A stretch of DNA of 63,718 nt, the filler included, from Candidatus Coatesbacteria bacterium (GTDB lineage: Bacteria; JAFGND01): NCBI GenBank assembly GCA_016927185.1. It is 6 parts of 6 records of this genome, joined end to end, with 100 filler letters (N's around TTAATTAATTAA, not from the genome) between each part and the next. Parts side by side here need not be neighbours in the genome. Positions count along the whole stretch, not along the records: positions 57,653 to 63,718 come from JAFGND010000040.1; 5 more parts are not named here. The stretch is one strand, 5' to 3'. The notes beneath the pieces were generated by a model. That model was not told the DNA's origin and did no database searches. It worked only from the letters and a program-made list of their open reading frames with translations. Shown here in pieces: positions 59,132-63,718 of this stretch (its first letter is position 1; every line of letters begins with the position of its first letter). The translations under genes and the position numbers were made by a program.

Positions 59132-60220
59132 TTAATCTTGTTCAGGTGAATATTGCTGATTCTGTTGCGTGTTGTTGGGAATATTTATTTGTCTTTGTCT
59201 GTTATTTTTTTCAGGAACGTTCTTGATGTCCTTCCTTGCGAAAATACTTGCATGAACGAAATCTGAGTTAAGGAAAGTCACAAATCCTGAAATACTGGTG
59301 TTTTCCAAGGTAAAAACCCTGCCAATTCCAGGTAGTTTGACTTGCTTAGAGCTTTCTCCATTCAGGGCATTAAGGAATTCCTTTGGATCGTCTATTTTCT
59401 TGTTATTTGCAAGAGCTGATGGATGGATTGCGTCTTGAATATATGAATTGAGAAGTTTATCATAATAATTGATTAGCATATTATTACTATTGAAAACGTC
59501 AATAACAAGACCTTTATCATCTATGAAAACAATCATTCCTATCATTCTTTTATCATCTTGTGGCATAGATGCGAATACTTTCAAGTATTCCTCAGATGAT
59601 TCCTTGAATTTCTTGCTTGAATAGCTTTCCTTGTAAGCATCTGATTCATTTGATGAACCCAGATCCTTGTTCTTCATGCTTACTTCATTCCATATAGCAT
59701 TTTGATTACTGCCGGTAGGAGAAGCACTTCTTGAAGCGAATTGTCTGATATTTGAGGCTCCTACCATTTTAGCATCAGAAAATTGCTGACTTTTGTATGT
59801 CCATCTGCCGTGTTCAACACAATAAGCATTGGTTGAATAGGTTCCATCTTTTCCGCCAAAAATAAGGTCATATGCAATTACCCTGTCCTGCTTTGCCCCC
59901 TGAACGATCTCTCCAGACATAATAAAAATCTGATCCTTCGTAACTTGTTTTGATAGCTTGAGAGTATTTACACTCCCTCCACTTGATACTTCCTCTATCT
60001 GAATCTGTTTTTTTTCTATTGCCTTATTCATGAAAACGAAATCCAGTTTCTTGAAGTCTGCGTAAACTGGGTAGATTTTTAAGTTCTTGTATTCCTTAGG
60101 CTTGCCAAGAGTAAATTCCTTTGCAAAATTACCTTTATACGGAATTTCTTCAGGAGTGTCAATATCCTGTCCAGATTCGGCTAGAAGCAAACATATCAGC
60201 ATCAAACAAATACTTTTCAT
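59132..60220 (-). CDS. DUF6569 / ARPP-1-like domain protein, probably exported
   Basis: GEIVQGAKQDRV, CVEHGRW, Q.AIW.EV motifs; ATG 60220 after GGAGG. Confidence 0.7.
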   Translation of the reverse strand: MKSICLMLICLLLAESGQDIDTPEEIPYKGNFAKEFTLGKPKEYKNLKIYPVYADFKKLDFVFMNKAIEKKQIQIEEVSSGGSVNTLKLSKQVTKDQIFIMSGEIVQGAKQDRVIAYDLIFGGKDGTYSTNAYCVEHGRWTYKSQQFSDAKMVGASNIRQFASRSASPTGSNQNAIWNEVSMKNKDLGSSNESDAYKESYSSKKFKESSEEYLKVFASMPQDDKRMIGMIVFIDDKGLVIDVFNSNNMLINYYDKLLNSYIQDAIHPSALANNKKIDDPKEFLNALNGESSKQVKLPGIGRVFTLENTSISGFVTFLNSDFVHASIFARKDIKNVPEKNNRQRQINIPNNTQQNQQYSPEQD

Positions 60221-60314
60221 AAAACCTCCATTCATTATCTATAATTATCTATAAAAAAAAACCATAAATATTCCCGAATAAGTTAGACGTTTTTTTTAAA
60301 GAAAATCCCGGAAT

Positions 60315-60342
60315 AAAAAAAGGCAGGATTTCCTGCCTTTTT
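60315..60342 (-). terminator. Intrinsic terminator
   Basis: A-tract-GGCAGGA-TT-TCCTGCC-T-tract. Confidence 0.8.
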
Positions 60343-60343
60343 A

Positions 60344-61069
60344 TTATCTTCTTCTTCCTCCAAATATTCGCAGGAGAAACAAAAACAGGTTTATGAAATC
60401 TAGATACAACGCTAAAGCACCTATTATTGAAGCCTTCTTGCTAGTCTCCTGTTCTGCATCTTCAAAGCCCAGAGCTATTCTCTTAAGTTTTTGGGTATCA
60501 TAGGCAGTTAAGCCAATAAAAATCAATACTCCAGCATAAGTAATCATCCAGTACATGAAACTGCTTGCAAGGAAGATATTAACAATGCTGGCTAATATTA
60601 GCCCAATCAAGGCCATGAAAAAAATGCTGCCAAACCTGCTTAAGTCCATTTTAGTTACAAAGCCAAAGAATGACATTATGCCAAACATTCCTGCTGTTAT
60701 CAAGAAAGTAAATCCTATTGCAGGAAGTGAGTATATAAGAAAAATGGTACTGAGTGTCATCCCGTTTACAGCGCTATAAAGCAGAAACAGACCAGCTGCA
60801 ATGAATGAAGGAATCTTGTTTATCAAGCCAACAAGAGCAAACACCAGGATGAGCTCTCCAAGAAATAAAGCCCAGAAAAGTATGCTGTTGGTTGCTATAA
60901 TTCTACCTATCGAAAGTGATGTTCCAGGAATAATTATTGAATGAACAGCTACTGAAACAAATGCTGTTAACAGAAGCCCAAGGAACATCCATGCATAAAC
61001 ACCTGCAAAGAAGGATCTGACAAGAGACTGCTCTCTTATGGCATCAACAGGATATGTTCTATCAAACAT
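60344..61069 (-). CDS. Bax inhibitor-1/YccA-family membrane protein
   Basis: LTAYDTQKLK, GALALYLDFINLFLFLLRIFG. Confidence 0.95.
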   Translation of the reverse strand: MFDRTYPVDAIREQSLVRSFFAGVYAWMFLGLLLTAFVSVAVHSIIIPGTSLSIGRIIATNSILFWALFLGELILVFALVGLINKIPSFIAAGLFLLYSAVNGMTLSTIFLIYSLPAIGFTFLITAGMFGIMSFFGFVTKMDLSRFGSIFFMALIGLILASIVNIFLASSFMYWMITYAGVLIFIGLTAYDTQKLKRIALGFEDAEQETSKKASIIGALALYLDFINLFLFLLRIFGGRRR

Positions 61070-61073
61070 CCAT

Positions 61074-63326
61074 CTACCTCATTATTACTAGTCTCTTGCT
61101 TACTTTCAAATCATTTGCTTCAATAGTATAGATATAAACCCCATTTGGAACGGAATTATAACCCACATTCCATGCTATACTCTTAAAACCAGAATTCAGC
61201 GTGTTTTCATAAACTGTTTTCACCAGTTTTCCAGTCAAGTCATAGACTTTTATAAGGATTTTTGTCTTGACTGGCAAGTTGATCTTGAAAATCGCTTTTT
61301 CTCTAACCGGATTAGGGAAAATACCGAGGAATTCAGTTTTTCCAGGTATTTTGACAGCACTTTTATTAACTGCAAAGCCAGATTTTTCTTCAACCCTTAT
61401 GCTGTCAAGTGCAGGGACAGTATTAACAAAACTTGCTGTTGCTTGTATCCATCCGGTTTTCTGTTCTGAAACAAAGAATAATACTGTACCGGAGGTATTG
61501 GTTGTATCAACTCTATAGAGGTTTGGTTCATTCAAATTATAATCATGTTGCCACAAGCAGACTTTTGAACCTGAAACAGGTACATTGTCTCTTGTTACAT
61601 TTATTGTCAGCACTGTTCCTTCTCCCTGAACTACTGTATCTTTATCAGAAGCTAAAGCCAGTATCCCAGGATCCTTTGTTCTTATCTCAGCAGCTGGATC
61701 AGCATTATACCAGTACATGTATATTATATCTCTTCCGTAACTGCCTTCCTGGTTGAGTTTTACATCAGCAAACATCTTGCATAATGACATTCGGTGTATT
61801 CCTTCATTGAAGGTAGCTTTTATTATTTCCTTGGCAAGTGTATGATTATTGTTTGTCCATGAAGGATCTGATGATCCGAGACTCGAGACAGCTCCCCCTG
61901 GATATTTATTCAGTAATGCTTCCTGGAAAGTGTAGTTATTATATCTTAGATCAGCATTATCACAACATATATTGTATACAACAGGATATCTGTCTTCATT
62001 ATTAAGCTGATTTACGTCACTGGTACTATAGCATTGGGATACATTCCAGTAATACCAGCTTATAGCATCTCCATGACCTCTGTATAATACAACTCCCGAG
62101 CCTATATTAATAGAATTAGAAACGTTTTGATTGTTTTTCTGTCCCTGGCTTCCTGAGCCATAAATTTTCTCGAAATTAGGTTGCTGCTTTGTATAAGAAA
62201 AACCAGCGATTTGTTCACAACATCCTTCATATTTACCAGGTGCTTCCTGGTAATGAGCTACCAGTGGAAGATGGCTATACCATGTTCCAAAAGCAGGAGT
62301 CAGGATATAATATAATGTCCTGCTTATATGAACTCCAAGTTCATCATTATTCTTTATAGCAAAACGTCCAATTCCGAATTCACATAAAGCATCATTACCA
62401 TCCACCATTGCATAATAAGTATCACTTAATGCACTATATGCAGAATATCGATGGGTATACATCGGAATATCAACATAGTCACCAATTATCAGCACGTATT
62501 TTATGCCATAGCTATGATAGGCATTAGCAAGATAGTTTTTTACATTGTCAACTGAAGCCCCAATCTGGGATATGGGAACAGTCATAACATAAAATCCGCT
62601 ACGAATATACCAGGTAACAAGTGGAGCGAAAACATTTTCTGTTCCATCTTTATATATAATAAGGTATTCAGGGTTTGGAGGTGCATCAGTGTATCCAACA
62701 TTCTTGCTTTGATAGTTAATTATCCTGTTCCTGTACATTTTATCCCAATCAGGATCAACCTTTTTCACTGGACAAGAAGGAAATTTGGGATCAGGATTAT
62801 CAACAAAACTGATTACTATTTTTGCCTTCTTGAAGATTGCAAGAGTTTTATTATTCCTGTCATATCTGAAAGGTATGAAATTTAAACCCGACACAACCAG
62901 GTGACGCCATATGGAATTTTCTTCCATGACCGCAGAAGTTGCTGGAAAATATCCCTTGTAATCTTTTGCAATTGGTTTTGCTGGTTCTTGTGTGTCCACT
63001 GTAGGTTCAGGAGTTGGCAGAACATCAATATTTTTAATATATATCATTTCTGCATCCTTGACTGTAGCTATTGCTTTCTTGTTTCCAGGCAAAGTTATCA
63101 AGGTTGTGAATTTAGGCAAATAAGGGAAACCGGTTTCATCAGTATAACTGCAATCATTTACTACAATTTTTGAATAACCACTTTTATCCTTTGCTATATT
63201 ATATTCAGGCATCTCGAATTCCAGAATGACTTTGCTTGCATCGCTTCTAATTAATTTGAATGGCGCATTTGCATTAAGCAAAGAAAATGCAAATAGCAGA
63301 ATTGAAAATGAAATGAGAAATTTCAT
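61074..63326 (-). CDS. Gingipain-like C25 cysteine peptidase with propeptide and T9SS type A-like CTD
   Basis: G.P.LP propeptide, YVLIIGD, SD.YY, IGR, YRGHG (His), NICCD (Cys); FPNP...VYDLTGKLV...GVY...KRLVIMR. Confidence 0.9.
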   Translation of the reverse strand: MKFLISFSILLFAFSLLNANAPFKLIRSDASKVILEFEMPEYNIAKDKSGYSKIVVNDCSYTDETGFPYLPKFTTLITLPGNKKAIATVKDAEMIYIKNIDVLPTPEPTVDTQEPAKPIAKDYKGYFPATSAVMEENSIWRHLVVSGLNFIPFRYDRNNKTLAIFKKAKIVISFVDNPDPKFPSCPVKKVDPDWDKMYRNRIINYQSKNVGYTDAPPNPEYLIIYKDGTENVFAPLVTWYIRSGFYVMTVPISQIGASVDNVKNYLANAYHSYGIKYVLIIGDYVDIPMYTHRYSAYSALSDTYYAMVDGNDALCEFGIGRFAIKNNDELGVHISRTLYYILTPAFGTWYSHLPLVAHYQEAPGKYEGCCEQIAGFSYTKQQPNFEKIYGSGSQGQKNNQNVSNSINIGSGVVLYRGHGDAISWYYWNVSQCYSTSDVNQLNNEDRYPVVYNICCDNADLRYNNYTFQEALLNKYPGGAVSSLGSSDPSWTNNNHTLAKEIIKATFNEGIHRMSLCKMFADVKLNQEGSYGRDIIYMYWYNADPAAEIRTKDPGILALASDKDTVVQGEGTVLTINVTRDNVPVSGSKVCLWQHDYNLNEPNLYRVDTTNTSGTVLFFVSEQKTGWIQATASFVNTVPALDSIRVEEKSGFAVNKSAVKIPGKTEFLGIFPNPVREKAIFKINLPVKTKILIKVYDLTGKLVKTVYENTLNSGFKSIAWNVGYNSVPNGVYIYTIEANDLKVSKRLVIMR

Positions 63327-63400
63327 GAAAAACCTCCTTCTAATTTTTTTAGCAGTATAGTTATTTTAATAAAAATGTCAAGCTATAGTTTATAAAATTA

Positions 63401-63432
63401 TAATCTAGCCCCTAGACATGATGGACTGAGTT
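63401..63432. repeat. Dispersed ~30-bp intergenic motif, copy
   Basis: TAATCTAGCCCCTAGACATGATGGACTGAGTT. Confidence 0.65.
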
Positions 63433-63718
63433 AAGAGGAAGCTACTAAATCCTTATTCTCTTTGTTTAAACCTTCATCAGAAATCGCTTCTTAGATGACA
63501 CCTTACTTCCTAGCCCCTCTCCTGCTAGTAGAGAAGGGACTTCTATATATAGTTTTTTCCCTGAAATAATTATATGGAAAACCTTAGATAAGGATTTACT
63601 GATAAGAGTCTGATTTTAATATGAATCAAAGGAATTATATAAAACATAGCTTCTCACTATTGTTTATTGATGCATACAGGAGATATGAATCTCAGTATAT
63701 AATTATAAAGAAAAGGTC

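Noticed and set aside
63501-63540. Degenerate CCCCTCTCC...GAGAAGGG REP-like hairpin
   Set aside because: Single imperfect copy; too weak to call

Overview
AT-rich bacterial draft or metagenome scaffold. It is six unrelated contigs joined by five artificial 100-bp N/TTAATTAATTAA linkers (16070-16169, 32946-33045, 38444-38543, 48224-48323, 57553-57652), so gene order across linkers means nothing. The organism looks like a diderm anaerobe, probably FCB-related (inference from T9SS-type C-terminal domains, a gingipain-like protease, TWGxIK tails, ferredoxin and a two-subunit fumarase). Ordinary content: a complete Pho/Pst locus with clear Pho boxes, an ECF sigma/anti-sigma locus, mlaE, truA, trmD, rfbB, thiE/thiS, nagZ, Rex, mfd and tRNA-His. 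Highlights: (1) a secreted UxxC selenoprotein redoxin missed by the ORF track (4722-5252, minus), with a candidate SECIS, next to its Cys paralogue; (2) the 3' end of a radical SAM/SPASM RiPP-like cluster: SPASM tail, six-Cys precursor with a YxxPxI leader, and an S24/S26-like peptidase with Ser replaced by Cys; (3) an apparently shuffled family of secreted beta-propellers built from near-identical 120-bp repeats with hypervariable positions, with one near-identical short export cassette on six genes; (4) an orphan CxCxCxCxC peptide; (5) identical 85-bp TGT..ACA transposon ends at two contig breaks.
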